Below are positions 9,691 through 20,740 of a stretch of 22,965 nt of DNA, piece after piece. The stretch's first letter is position 1. Every line of letters begins with the position of its first letter. This DNA is from Octopus sinensis (taxonomy: Eukaryota), in NCBI RefSeq assembly GCF_006345805.1, contig NW_021836598.1, forward strand, positions 1-22,965, given 5' to 3'. Below the pieces are notes generated by a model. That model did not search any database, had not been told where the DNA came from, and worked only from the letters and a program-made list of their open reading frames with translations. The translations under genes were made by a program, and so were the position numbers.

Positions 9691-10184
9691 TTTGTTGGCG
9701 TTTTTATGACTTTGCCACACCAAGCACAAAGAAAAAAAAAATTATACATTTTCGACAATAAATAAATAACTATTAAAAAGAGTACCCAGAGTAAAGATAT
9801 GCGGGTAATATTTTGGTGAGATGCAGCGTAGTAGGAGGTTGTGAAGGGGAGCAGTAAGAGTTGGAGTGTTCAGACTCCTTTGCCCTCTAACGGACGACCT
9901 TGTTAGACAGAAGGCAGTCGCCAAGGATTTGGCATGAAGTTCGAACGTGTGCTACTAAGAATACCAGCTTGTCTTTTTCGGGTCCTTGGCTTAATCTCTG
10001 TCACACTCGACCGTAAGTGGATTTTGCCGAAAGCTACCACCATTCGCCTCATCTAACACACACACACACACACACGCATACGCACATGCACGCGCACACA
10101 TATATTTACGCACGCGCGCACACACACACACACACACGCAAGAGTAACAACAGATAGATAGCAAGTCAATGAGGTAGACTACAC

Positions 10185-10350
10185 GGTCACTTGATTGCTA
10201 GAAGTAGTAGCCAAACACCCTCAAATCACATCACACCGTATTAGATGTGATCCTGAATGCCATGCAGATTGAAAACAAGGCAGTTATGGTCATGGCCGGA
10301 ACCTCTTTGATCATTGGCTTGCTTGATCAAACCCGTGCTAGGGCTAAATA
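10185..10350 (+). mobile_element. Old repeat family D (SINE-like 3' part)
   Basis: Shares tagaagtagtagccaaa..ccctcaaatcac and ggaac.tctttga....gatca...gctaaa with 10965-11140 and 17120-17285. Confidence 0.55.
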
Positions 10351-10435
10351 TCATCATTATCATCAACGAGTGCAACAAGGAGATGGGTGTCAGTGGCTCT
10401 GTCTCCTTTGCTTACTTCATATTTTGTCTCCATGC

Positions 10436-10670
10436 AAAGCGTTGAACTGGCAGAATCGTTAGCACGCCGGGCGAAATGCTTAGCAGTATTTCGTCTGCCG
10501 TTACGTTCTGAGTTAAAATTTCGCCGAGGTCGACTTTGCCTTTCATCCTTTCAGGGTCGATTAATTAAGTACCAGTTACGCACTGGGGTCGATATAATCG
10601 ACTTAATCTGTTTGTCTGTCCTTGTTTGTCCCCTCTATGTTTAGCCCCTTGTGGGTAGTAAAGAAATAGG
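10436..10670 (+). mobile_element. SINE family B, full length
   Basis: Colinear with 14293-14525. Confidence 0.95.
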
Positions 10671-10775
10671 TATTTCATCTGTCTTTACGTTCTGAGTACA
10701 AATTACGCCGAGGTCGACTTTGCCTTTCATCCTTTCGGGGTCGATAAATTAAGTACCATTTACGCACTGGGGTCG
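10671..10775 (+). mobile_element. SINE family B internal fragment directly behind the previous copy
   Basis: tatttcatctgtctttacgttctgag...gcactggggtcg. Confidence 0.9.
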
Positions 10776-10811
10776 CTTGGCATGCTAACGATTCTGCCAG
10801 CTCGCCGCCTT
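10776..10811 (-). mobile_element. SINE family B head fragment, followed on the plus strand by (AAT)n
   Basis: gcatgctaacgattctgccagctcgccgcctt is the reverse complement of the family head. Confidence 0.85.
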
Positions 10812-10964
10812 AATAATAATAATAATAATAATAATAAGGCTTATCTATGATGCACAATTTTGTACTTTGACGAAACCCTACAGATATGAAGGTTAGCAAC
10901 TGGAGATCATTAGTGGTGCTTAATTAAACGTAGAGATTCTAAGCCGTCGTTTGATCAGATTCAA

Positions 10965-11140
10965 TACCAAAAATAATCCAATTTCTCGCGAATCCCTACC
11001 CGACCATCGTAATAAAATGAAGACGTTGAATGCATACAACCTACCGTCGAACTAAAGGAGACGTTAGACAGTGTAGACACTGTCAATATAAAGACGGAAT
11101 GTTTATAATCTGTTCGATCAGGGCAGACCTGAAGCTAAAA
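10965..11140 (+). mobile_element. Old repeat family D
   Basis: ggaatgttt...tgttcgatcagggcagacctgaagctaaa followed by (ACC/ATC/AAC)n. Confidence 0.5.
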
Positions 11141-11439
11141 CCACCACCACCACCATCATCATCGATAACAACAGCGCCAACAACAACAACAACGCCATCA
11201 TTAATATCATATTAATTAATCTATTAAGCTCGCCCTCATGAAAAGCGAAGTTGTCACGTGACACGATGTGACACGATGCGACTTCGATGCTCTTCTGTTA
11301 GGGCCTATTTACGGACCTGTGCCGTATTCACGGCAAGGATCATTTAACAGAACAGTTTGCGGATGGCTCGCGATTTAAAGCCACCTATCTTCTCAACTCC
11401 TTTAGATCTTATAGTCCATCTTCCTTCCCTGCCACGCGA

Positions 11440-11900
11440 TAATTTCCTCCTCCTCCTCCTCCTCCTCCTCCATACTCTCGTTGTTTCTCGTCAGTCATAC
11501 ATCTCAGTTTTCCACATGTAGCATTTACCCTTTCTTTCTCCCTCCTTTTTATTATTTTTCTCTTCCTCTCTTTCCTTGTGATGTGTTTTTTTTTCCTTTC
11601 TTCCCCTCATTCAATTCATTCTTTCTCCTCCTCCTCTTTATTCACTCCCCTTTTACTGCCTTTCTTTTTTTTTAAATTTCCTCCACCATTTTCTTTTATG
11701 TTCTTCCTTTTTTTCTCCTACCCCTTTTCTCCTGCCCCGTCTATTAAATTTATCAAGCTCTCCACCCGCCCGAGTCTATTCTTTTTCTCTTCTCTCCCTC
11801 CACCTCAATTTCTCTCTCTCTCTCTTTCTCTTTCTCCTCTCCATCTTCCTTCTACTCCACATCTCCTTACTCTCACTTTTTCATCCATTTTTTAAATCTT
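11440..11900. repeat. Long polypyrimidine low-complexity tract
   Basis: Directly visible; (CCT)n and (CT)n. Confidence 0.9.
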
Positions 11901-12029
11901 TTCTATATTTTAAATCATGGAGTATGTTTCTCTTGACCTCCCATACTTTTTTTTCCAGAACTCCGACATATTGCTAACCTTGTATCGGTGTGTTGGTTGC
12001 TATTTGACTACCGCGTGTGTTGTACGTAC

Positions 12030-12580
12030 GCATGCACACACACACACACACACACACACACTTACACACACACACACACGCACTTATACACACACACGCA
12101 CTTATACACACACACGCACTTATACACACACACGCACTTATACACACACACACACGCACACACACACACACACACAATTATACACACACACACATTTATA
12201 CACACACACACACGCATACACACACACACACACGCACTTATACACACACACACGCACTTATACACACACACACACGCACACACACACACACACACGCACT
12301 TATACACACACACACACTTATACACACACACACACGCATACACACACACACACGCACTTATACACACACACACGCACACACACACATACGCACTTATACA
12401 CACACACACGCACTTATACGCACACACACACACACGCACAAACACACACACACACACACGCACACATATATATATATATATACATACACATACACACATA
12501 AATATATATGTATATATGTATGTGAGTGTACGTGTGTGCTTGTGTGTGTGTGTGTGTGCGTGCGTGTGTGTGTGTGTGTT
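12030..12580. repeat. (CA)n-derived minisatellite (unit cacgcacttata+(ca)n), then (TA) and (TG)n
   Basis: Directly visible. Confidence 0.9.
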
Positions 12581-12653
12581 CAGGCACTCAATCAGGGTGA
12601 GATGATGATAGGGGTTACTGCACGTGCTCGAACCGGTCCCCGGGTGGTGCTTA

Positions 12654-12768
12654 TTAAAGGTTATGATGTCGAGAATGTTGTCGTTGCGGTGGTTCGAGTG
12701 CTGTTAGAAGCGGAGGTTGGGATGCGGGGCTTTCTCCATTATTCGCAACGCCGTAGTTGTCATTGTTT
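12654..12768 (-). other. Candidate terminal coding exon, product unrecognised
   Basis: tttcag acceptor at 12769-12774 (minus strand), 37 open codons NNDNYGVANNGESPASQPPLLTALEPPQRQHSRHHNL, then TAA TAA. Locally GC/CpG-rich. No homology recognised. Confidence 0.25.
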
Positions 12769-12912
12769 CTGAAATTTATTATTATCATTATTTTAAGGTT
12801 ATCGGAACTTAGCAATAAGAGCTTAAAAAACTTGACATCGAAGCGGGTGGGAGATGCAGCATCCGGATATAGGAATCAAATGCCAACAATGAGATAACTA
12901 TTAAAAGAGGTA

Positions 12913-13031
<119 letters not shown>

Positions 13032-13099
13032 TTATGAGGAATTGAAGAAAAGAAACAAAAAGTAACAGAGGTTAATGAAAATAATTTTTTTAATTAGTT

Positions 13100-13284
13100 G
13101 GAGTGGCTGTGTGGTAAGTAGCTTACGTACCACATGGTAGTCCCACTGCGTGGCACCTTGGGCAAGTGTCTTCTACTATAGCCTCTGGCCGACCAATGCC
13201 TTGTGAGTGTATTTGGTAGGCGGAAACTGAAGAAGCCCGTCGTATATATGTATATATTATATATATATATATATATATTATATA

Positions 13285-13323
<39 letters not shown>

Positions 13324-13536
13324 GTGTGTGTGTTTGTGTGTCTGTATTTGTCCCCCAACATCGCTTGACAACCGATGCTGGTGTGTTTACTTCCCCGTAA
13401 CTTACCGGTTCGACAAAAGAGAGACCGATAGAATAAGTACTAGGCTTACAAAGAGTAAGTCTCGGGGTCGATTTGTTCGACTAAAGGTGGTGCTTCAGCA
13501 TGGCCACAGTCAAATGACTGAAACAAGTAAAAGAGT
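13100..13536 (+). mobile_element. SINE family A, full length, with internal (TA)n(TG)n; B-box region deleted
   Basis: Head ggagtggctgtgtggtaag; ccacatggt joined directly to agtcccactgcg (the minus-strand copies retain ggttccgggttca / ggttccaggttca here); tail tcaaatgactgaaacaagtaaaagag. Confidence 0.92.
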
Positions 13537-13554
13537 ATGTTTATGATAATAAAA

Positions 13555-13752
13555 ATTCTTTCTAATTTCGACATACAACCCAAAATGTTATAGGTAGGAT
13601 GCTAATCGATTAGATCGATCCCAGTTCTCTTCTGGTATTTCATTTTATGAACCACGAAAGGATGAGAGGCAAATTCGACTTCGGCATTATGTGAACTCAG
13701 AGCGTTAAGCGCTAGAAGAAATCCGGTTTTGTGCGGCGTGCTAGCGGTTCTT
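13555..13752 (-). mobile_element. Old SINE family B copy
   Basis: aatcgattagatcgatcccag...gaaaggatgagaggcaaattcgacttcggc...gaactcagagc. Confidence 0.85.
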
Positions 13753-13916
13753 TTCTACTCTAGGCACAAAGCTAGAAATTTAGGGGTAGGGGAGCCAGTC
13801 GATTAGATCGACCCCAGTACGCAGCTGGTTCTTAATTTATCGACCCCGAAAGGATGTAAGGCAAAATCGACCTCGGCGGAATTTGAGCTCACGATTCTGC
13901 CAGCTCACCGCTTTCT
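13753..13916 (-). mobile_element. SINE family B copy with internal deletion
   Basis: ttctactctaggcacaaag...atcgaccccgaaagg...ggaatttgagctc joined directly to acgattctgccagctcaccgc. Confidence 0.85.
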
Positions 13917-13924
13917 TAATAATA

Positions 13925-14135
13925 ATTCTTTCTACTATTTGTACAAGTCTTGAAATTTGGATGGGGAGGTAATCGATTATATCGACCCCCGGGGACCATA
14001 ATCAATTTTATCGACCCCGAAAGAATAAAAGGCAAGGTGGACCCCAGCGGAATTTGAACTCAGAACACGAAGACAGACGAAATGCCTCTAAGCATTTTGT
14101 TCGACGTGCTAATGATTCTGCCAGTTTGCAGTCTT
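13925..14135 (-). mobile_element. Old SINE family B copy
   Basis: atcgaccccgaaagaataaaaggcaagg...gaactcagaacacgaagacagacgaaatgcc...ttctgccag. Confidence 0.85.
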
Positions 14136-14159
14136 CGCTTTGTTAATAATAATAATGAT

Positions 14160-14590
14160 CTCAAATTTGGTACAAGACCAGCAATTTTGGAAGTGGGATT
14201 AAGTCGATTACATCGATCCCAGTACTCAACTGGTACTTATTTTATCGATTAAGTCGATTACATCGATCCCAGTACTCTGGTACTTATTTATCAAGGCGGC
14301 GAGCTGGCAGAAACGTTAGCACGCCGGATGAAATGCTTAGCGGTATTTCGTCTGTCGTTACGTTGTGAGTTCAAATTCCGCTGAGGTTGACTTTGCCTTT
14401 CATCCTTTCGGGGTCGATAAATTAAGTACCAGTTCCGCACTGGGGTCGATGTAATCGACTTAATACCTATGTCTGTCCTTGTTTGTCCCCTCTATGTTTA
14501 GCCCCTTGTGGGTAATAAAGAAATAGGTACTTATTTTATCGACCCTGAAAGGATAAAATGCAAAATCCACCTTGGTTGAATTAGAACTGT
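14160..14590 (-). mobile_element. SINE family B host copy with an internal 50/46-bp tandem duplication, split by an inserted SINE
   Basis: Units at 14197-14246 and 14247-14292; the host resumes at 14526 with ggtacttattttatcgaccctgaaagg. Confidence 0.85.
14293..14525 (+). mobile_element. Full-length SINE family B, nested antisense, with TSD
   Basis: Flanked by ggtacttatttatc (14279-14292) and ggtacttattttatc (14526-14540). Confidence 0.95.
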
Positions 14591-14879
14591 GTCAGGTCAC
14601 TTGTGAGATCTTACGAGTGCTACTGCTAGCAAGGAGTCCAGTACAACCTGCTGATTGGTTGGGTCGCCGGCAACTATATAGACAGTCACCGCTTGTAAGA
14701 AATACAGCAGGACTAATACATACATACATTACAAGTTCAGGTTTATACTTGTAATTATTTGGGAACTGGAATAAACTATTTTACCGTTTGTCCCTCTGTA
14801 TCTATTTACCTGTTCATTCGCTTTTACTTCATCTCTTTACACACACGCGCGCACGCGTACACGAACACATATCTATTTA

Positions 14880-14903
14880 TTTCTATCTGTTTGTTTCTAT
14901 CTA

Positions 14904-14958
<55 letters not shown>

Positions 14959-15067
14959 GGCCGTCTGTCTGTCAATCTGTTTGTCTATCCATTTGTCTAT
15001 CTGTTTGTCTATCTATGTCTGTCTATCTGTCTGTCTGTCTACCTGCCTGTTTCTAGCTGTCTGTTTT

Positions 15068-15102
<35 letters not shown>
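14880..15102. repeat. (CTGT)n/(TATC)n array
   Basis: Directly visible. Confidence 0.9.
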
Positions 15103-15103
<1 letters not shown>

Positions 15104-15462
15104 AAAAAAAAAAGAAATATAACATGTGACTTCATTGACCGAGGTTACCGTGGTCTTTTCCGTAGACTTTTCTTTCCACGGATAAACCTCACCTGTCCTC
15201 CCCTTTACACTTCATATTGACATTTCTGTGATAACGATCCCTATTGATCAATTTTTTTTTCCTTTTCCTTTTTTTTTCCTCACCTCCCCTTTTTTCCTCC
15301 CCTCCCCCCTTTTTAATCCCCTCCTTTTTTTGTCCTCTTTCTTTCCATTTACGATCCCTTTTGATCGAAAACCAAACCCCCTTCTTTTACCCCCAAAAGA
15401 AAAGCTCTACCTTGTAATTATGTCCTGTCTGTGTGCAGCCCTGTGTGGCTAATAAAGAAACA

Positions 15463-15760
<298 letters not shown>

Positions 15761-16048
15761 TAATCATCTCTTCCACCATCTTGAGACCCATTACCATCAC
15801 ACGCCGCTTTACAGTTAATAATCAGCTCCCAAAGAGAGTTCACGGCGGACATATTTACACTCTATTATCATTACCAGCCGCCATCAAAAGCGGTTCTTTT
15901 ATTGCGACTTCAATCTCCGTAACACAGTTATCATTTCTAGGTGTGTTGTTTTAGGACCTATTCTGCAAATACATTTACACGCACACGTACACATGCACAC
16001 ACACATTCACACACATACACGTATACACTTTAAACATGTTATTTGTAC

Positions 16049-16083
<35 letters not shown>

Positions 16084-17119
16084 TATACATACGTTGACAC
16101 ACTCAAGCACGTAAACACTCATTACTCACACAAACAAACAAAATCACATACGGATCATACACAAACACACAAAACACACAGACATGGCAAATACAAAGGC
16201 AGACGCACAGGAGCGCTCGCATACGCACACACACACACACCACACATACACACGTACAAACACACATACACAGAGAATTACACTCCTTTATACATTGATT
16301 CACACATCCGCGCATTAACTTTATTAGAAGATGCACAAAAGCTACATAACCACATCTCCGTCCTTTTCAACCTCTCATCTCTCTCACACTTCTTTCCTTT
16401 TCTTTCACCTTCTTTCCGTCTGCGCCCCCCCCCTTTCTCTTGCACTTTTATTTTTGTTTGCCTCTCGTCTGCTTTCTCTTCCATTTTACTTTTCGCTTCA
16501 CCCCCTTCTCTTTTCCTCCCTGTCCGTCTATTCCCCCTACCCTATCTCACACTTTGCTCCTCTCTCTCTCTCTCTCTCTCGATTCGTTTCTCTTAGAGTT
16601 TCTTCCACTCATTTAGCACATTTAATAAGTACAGGTGCTTAAGGGCAGTGTTACTGCAGGTAATCAACAATTGCCAAACATCAACAGCTTCTGAAGACAC
16701 CTAACAACCTCCAGTCTCATCAGCCACCTCAAACAAACTCCTAACCATCCACGTATATACCCACTTATCCAAATCACCTCAGAATCTCTTAAACTTCCAT
16801 CAAACATACCTAACCCCATCCTACTGTTCTCCCTCAAACAGTCAACATCCACGAAAACCAGGGTGAGCGAGTGTGGCCGTTGGATTACGAACAGACAAAT
16901 TAATGGGGGGGGGGATCGTGTGGAAGGGAGGAGGTTTTGAAGGGTTTGTTTAAAAAAGGAGTAAGGGTTGGATGAAAGGGGCCGGGTAGAGATGTAGGCA
17001 AGAGCTGGGTAAGGACTGGTATGCAAGCTAATCGTGCTTGTCATGGTAGTTCCATCCACGTAATGACAAATATTGACATCTTTACCCCTTTCGCATCCTT
17101 TTCAGTTATCGACCCGGCA

Positions 17120-17285
17120 TCAGCTAATTAGAAATAGCAGCAAAATCTCTCTTAAATCACCCCTTAATGCCTTTAAAAAGAATATGGACCTACGAGTACA
17201 TTGCGCAATGTACCGGGTTTCTCACGATTGGAACGTCTTTGAATGTCGGTCTATTCGATCAGAGCCAACCCTGAAAAACAACAAT
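17120..17285 (+). mobile_element. Old repeat family D
   Basis: tagaaatagcagcaaaatctctcttaaatcac...ttggaacgtctttgaa...ttcgatcagagccaaccctgaaaaacaacaa. Confidence 0.5.
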
Positions 17286-17324
17286 ACCAGCAAGAGCCAA
17301 ACTTAGGTCACATGGGTTCAAATC

Positions 17325-17445
17325 TCGCCGAGGTTCATTTTGACTTTCCTCCTTTCGGTTTCAATAAAATAAGTGCCGTCTGGGATCAACGTAATTGACT
17401 CCCCTCCTCTCAAAACTGCAGGCCTTGTGCTACAATTAGAAAGTA
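17325..17445 (+). mobile_element. SINE family B, 3' two-thirds
   Basis: gggttcaaatctcgccgagg...ctcctttcggtttcaataaaataagt...ggccttgtgc. Confidence 0.8.
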
Positions 17446-17465
17446 TTATATACACATACAAAACA

Positions 17466-19005
17466 CAGCTCTGCTGCTTCCATAGCCAAATTGATGGCTT
17501 TCCTCCTTGATGGCTCCTGTGATGCTCAGCATGTTGAAACTTCCGCAATGCGAGTGGCTTGTGAACCCTATGTATCTCACCTTATTAGGATAACACCTGG
17601 CTTTTCAACCTTTGTTTCGACATAACGTCAAAAACTCAGCGAATTTTGTTGTCTTCCTCATGTTTGTCTCCCCAGTACGCTCCCTCAACCTAGAGAGCTG
17701 AGGTTTCTAACAGAATCACCTGCTTGAATGTTTCTAAGTTCAGTATCATAGCTATAGTGGAGGCGCAATGGCCCAGTGGTTAGGGCAGCGGACTCGCGGT
17801 CGGAGGATCGCGGTTTCGATTCCCAGACCGGGCGTTGTGAGTGTTTATTGAGCAAAAACACCTAAAAGCTCCACGAGGCTCCGGCAGGGGATGGTGGTGA
17901 TCCCTGCTGTACTCTTTCACCACAACTTTCTCTCACTCTTACTTCCTGTTTCTGTTGTACCTGTATTTCAAGGGCCGGCCTGTCACTCTCTGTGTCACGC
18001 TGAATATCCCGAGAACTACGTTAAGGGTGCATGTGTCTGTGGAGTGCTCAGCCACTTACACGTTAATTTCACGAGCAGGCTGTTCCGCTGATTCGGATCA
18101 ACCGGAACCCTCATCGTCGTAACCGACGGAGTGCTTCCATCCATCATAGCTGTCCTTTAAAGTTGTGGCGACAGTTTCTCGGAACTTCAGTTGGTTCTCC
18201 AGGTCGACTTTCAGCTCCTAGCCTACTGCTGCTCGTAGGCCAAGAAGGAGAGGTGGACCTGGCAGTTGGTACCATCTTAACAGCTATCTTAACGAAAGTG
18301 ATAGTCATCTTTGTTGGGCGGAGGCACCTGCAATGGCTAACCCCACTGCTTATGGTGTCTTCTAAGGGTTTCAGGATCTGACCATGCCTCTAGTGACAAC
18401 ACCTCGTCCAAGGCTTTTTGACAGTTACTATGGATGTGCTCCAAGGTTCTTTTCGTCAGTCACAGGGGAAAAGCTGGTGACTCCTCTTTTACCAGCTGGA
18501 CAAGATGGATGGGCTCTATAGAATGTTCTAAACAGCAGAATCAGGAATTTTATCCGGAGGGTCTCTACTCTTTAAAGCTGAGTCCATAAGACATTGCGTG
18601 CAACCGTTGGCTCCCATCTTAACCGAGCTTCCCAACACTGCTGCTAGCTCGCTTCTCATGTCACGATCGCACCTTATTCAAGGTCAGTAACATCCTGTCT
18701 TTTCCTTTCTTTGCATCTTGTTATAGCGAAATATGATACCTCGAGGAAGGCTAGCTCTTCCACGAGGCGCTCTATGTCTTAGTTGTGACAGTGTAACCCC
18801 TACAATCTCTGCTGTCCTTTACTTTCATTTTGTCCCTTCCTTAGTACTACTAACCTGAGAGTGTCCCAGGAGTTTTGGCATCGCAACACATCCCCAGTAT
18901 AGGACTCCATGATTTTTTTTTCGGGTTGCTGATGGCTTCTTCAAATTATTATGTCCCTACAAGGCAATGTTGCTCAGGCTTGCAGCCCAATTTCAAGTCT
19001 CCCGA
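17466..19005 (-). pseudogene. Decayed R2-superfamily non-LTR retrotransposon (HERO/NeSL-like): post-RT region, CCHC zinc knuckle and restriction-like endonuclease; many stops and frameshifts; interrupted by a SINE
   Basis: Manual minus-strand translation across frames gives, in the expected order: SLSNIAL*GHNNLK; LSQLRHR..GRASL; RYNKMQRKE; LWTQL*RVETLRIKFLI; KEESPAFPL*..RTLEHIHSNCQKAL; *RHGQILKPLEDTISSG; ITFVK; *ELKVDLENQLKF.ETVATTL; then past the SINE MILNLETFKQVILLE; CRNKG*KARCYP; GFTSHS; RRKAINLAMEAAE. The order matches RLE-LINE C-termini. The clade label is from memory. Confidence 0.85.
17758..18142 (+). mobile_element. Full-length tRNA-derived SINE, family C (about 385 bp), with 9-bp TSD
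   Basis: A box tggcccagtgg, B box ggtttcgattcc; TSD atcatagct at 17745-17753 and 18143-18151. Confidence 0.92.
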
Positions 19006-19089
19006 ATTAATATAAACTTATATTGAATAAGTGGGTCTGTTGTACGATTTTAAGTCGACTAAATTACGCTCCTAATATTCTAAATTGAC

Positions 19090-19175
19090 CGGAGTCTATG
19101 CGAGAAGATACTTGCTCAAGGTTTCGCGCAGTAGAATCGAACTTGGAGCTATATGGTCATGCAGTGAAATTCTTA
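19090..19175 (-). mobile_element. Degenerate SINE family A head
   Basis: gaagatacttgctcaaggtttcgcgcagtagaatcgaac resembles gaagacacttgcccaaggtgccacgcagtgggactgaac. Confidence 0.7.
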
Positions 19176-19189
19176 TTCAAATGACAACG

Positions 19190-19319
19190 TCAGTGTTTGT
19201 ACATATACACACACACATACGCGCGTGCGTATACACATACACGCACACATATACGCACACACAGTTACATGAACAGACATAAACACATATATTCACACGT
19301 ATGAATGCAGGCAGACACT

Positions 19320-19359
<40 letters not shown>

Positions 19360-19499
19360 AACATACATGCATACATACATATATATATACATACATACAT
19401 ACATATATATATATACATACATACATACATATATATATGTATATACATACATACATACATACATACATACACACACACAAACATATATATATATATACA

Positions 19500-19533
<34 letters not shown>

Positions 19534-19800
19534 AAGATGCATGCAGGAATTAATAAACAAACTCGTTCACACACATGCATACATACCTACCTATATACAT
19601 GCAAAAACACACTTACATACATACACACACATACACACACACATACATACTCACACATTTTTACCTACATACACACACGCATACATACATAATACATATA
19701 CACATACACGCACATATACATATATACATATACATATACATATACACATACACACATATACACATATATACATACATACAGGCATACATCCATACACACA
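19190..19800. repeat. (TA)/(CATA)/(CA) microsatellite mosaic
   Basis: Directly visible. Confidence 0.9.
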
Positions 19801-20173
19801 CCTAAACTTAAAACACACTGGTTGCTGACATCCAGCAGAGACGAATGCCCCGCCCCACCATAACCAAATAAATAGATAAATAAATAAATAAATAAATAAA
19901 TAAGGTTATAGGGAGAGATCAATGAACGAAGAAAATTAGAAAGCGGCGACGAGAAGGGTTAAGTATTGACAGGTGTGAAACGCTTAGATAAGTATTGGGC
20001 GACTGGGGAGAGGAGGTGATGGCGGTCGGGGATGGGAGACAATGGAAATTGCTTGCACATTGTGTTACAATTGGTTTGGCCGTCTCTGGTCAAACATCGG
20101 ATTGGACATCAAATGGAATTAGAAATAAAAATAATCAAAGAGACAGACGTTAGATGTTGAAAATCACGAACGT

Positions 20174-20309
20174 GAGAGAGAGAGAGAGAGAGGGAAAGAG
20201 AGAGAGAGAGAATGAGAGGGAAAGAGAGAGAGAAAGAGAGAGAGAGAGCGAGAAAGAGAAAGAGAGAGAGAGGGGACAGAGAGGGGGTAATATGGAAGGG
20301 GACGGTGTG

Positions 20310-20340
<31 letters not shown>

Positions 20341-20393
20341 AAATGTATATATGTATGTAAGCATGTATGTATGTAAGCATGTATGTATGTATG

Positions 20394-20424
<31 letters not shown>

Positions 20425-20691
20425 GCATGTATGTATGTAAGCATGTATGTATGTATGTATGTATGTATGTATGTATGTATGTATGTATATATATATATAT
20501 ATATTTGTGCGTGCATATATGTGTATGTATGTATGTATGTATGTATATGTGTGTGTGTATCTATATGTATCTACGTGTTCGTGTGTATGTATGTGTGTGT
20601 TTGTATGTGTATATATGTGTAATGTGTATGTGAGTGTAAGTGTTGAAGTCGGAATCAAAAGAGAAGTGGACAGTTTTTGAAAACAAACGAG

Positions 20692-20735
<44 letters not shown>

Positions 20736-20740
20736 AATAT
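20174..20740. repeat. (GA)n, (TATG)n, (TA)(GA) microsatellites
   Basis: Directly visible. Confidence 0.9.

Noticed and set aside
9768-12910. Shared words ataactattaaaa and gagatgcagc near 9770-9830 and 12850-12910
   Set aside because: The order is reversed between the two sites and there is no flanking similarity; likely chance.
14651-14680. CCAAT box (ctgattggtt) plus TATATA as a promoter
   Set aside because: Spacing is short (about 15 bp), the motifs are common, and no downstream gene is supported.
14728-14755. 9-bp inverted repeat attacaagt/acttgtaat
   Set aside because: AT-rich and isolated; expected by chance at this window size.
15187-15226. Minus-strand micro-exon ending at a cag|gtgagg donor
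   Set aside because: The upstream acceptor lacks a pyrimidine tract and the peptide is unrecognisable.
16690-16730. Minus-strand CUGAUGA GAC...GUC
   Set aside because: No GAAA after the putative stem II and no stem III.
17758-17835. tRNA gene
   Set aside because: It is the head of a 385-bp SINE flanked by a TSD.
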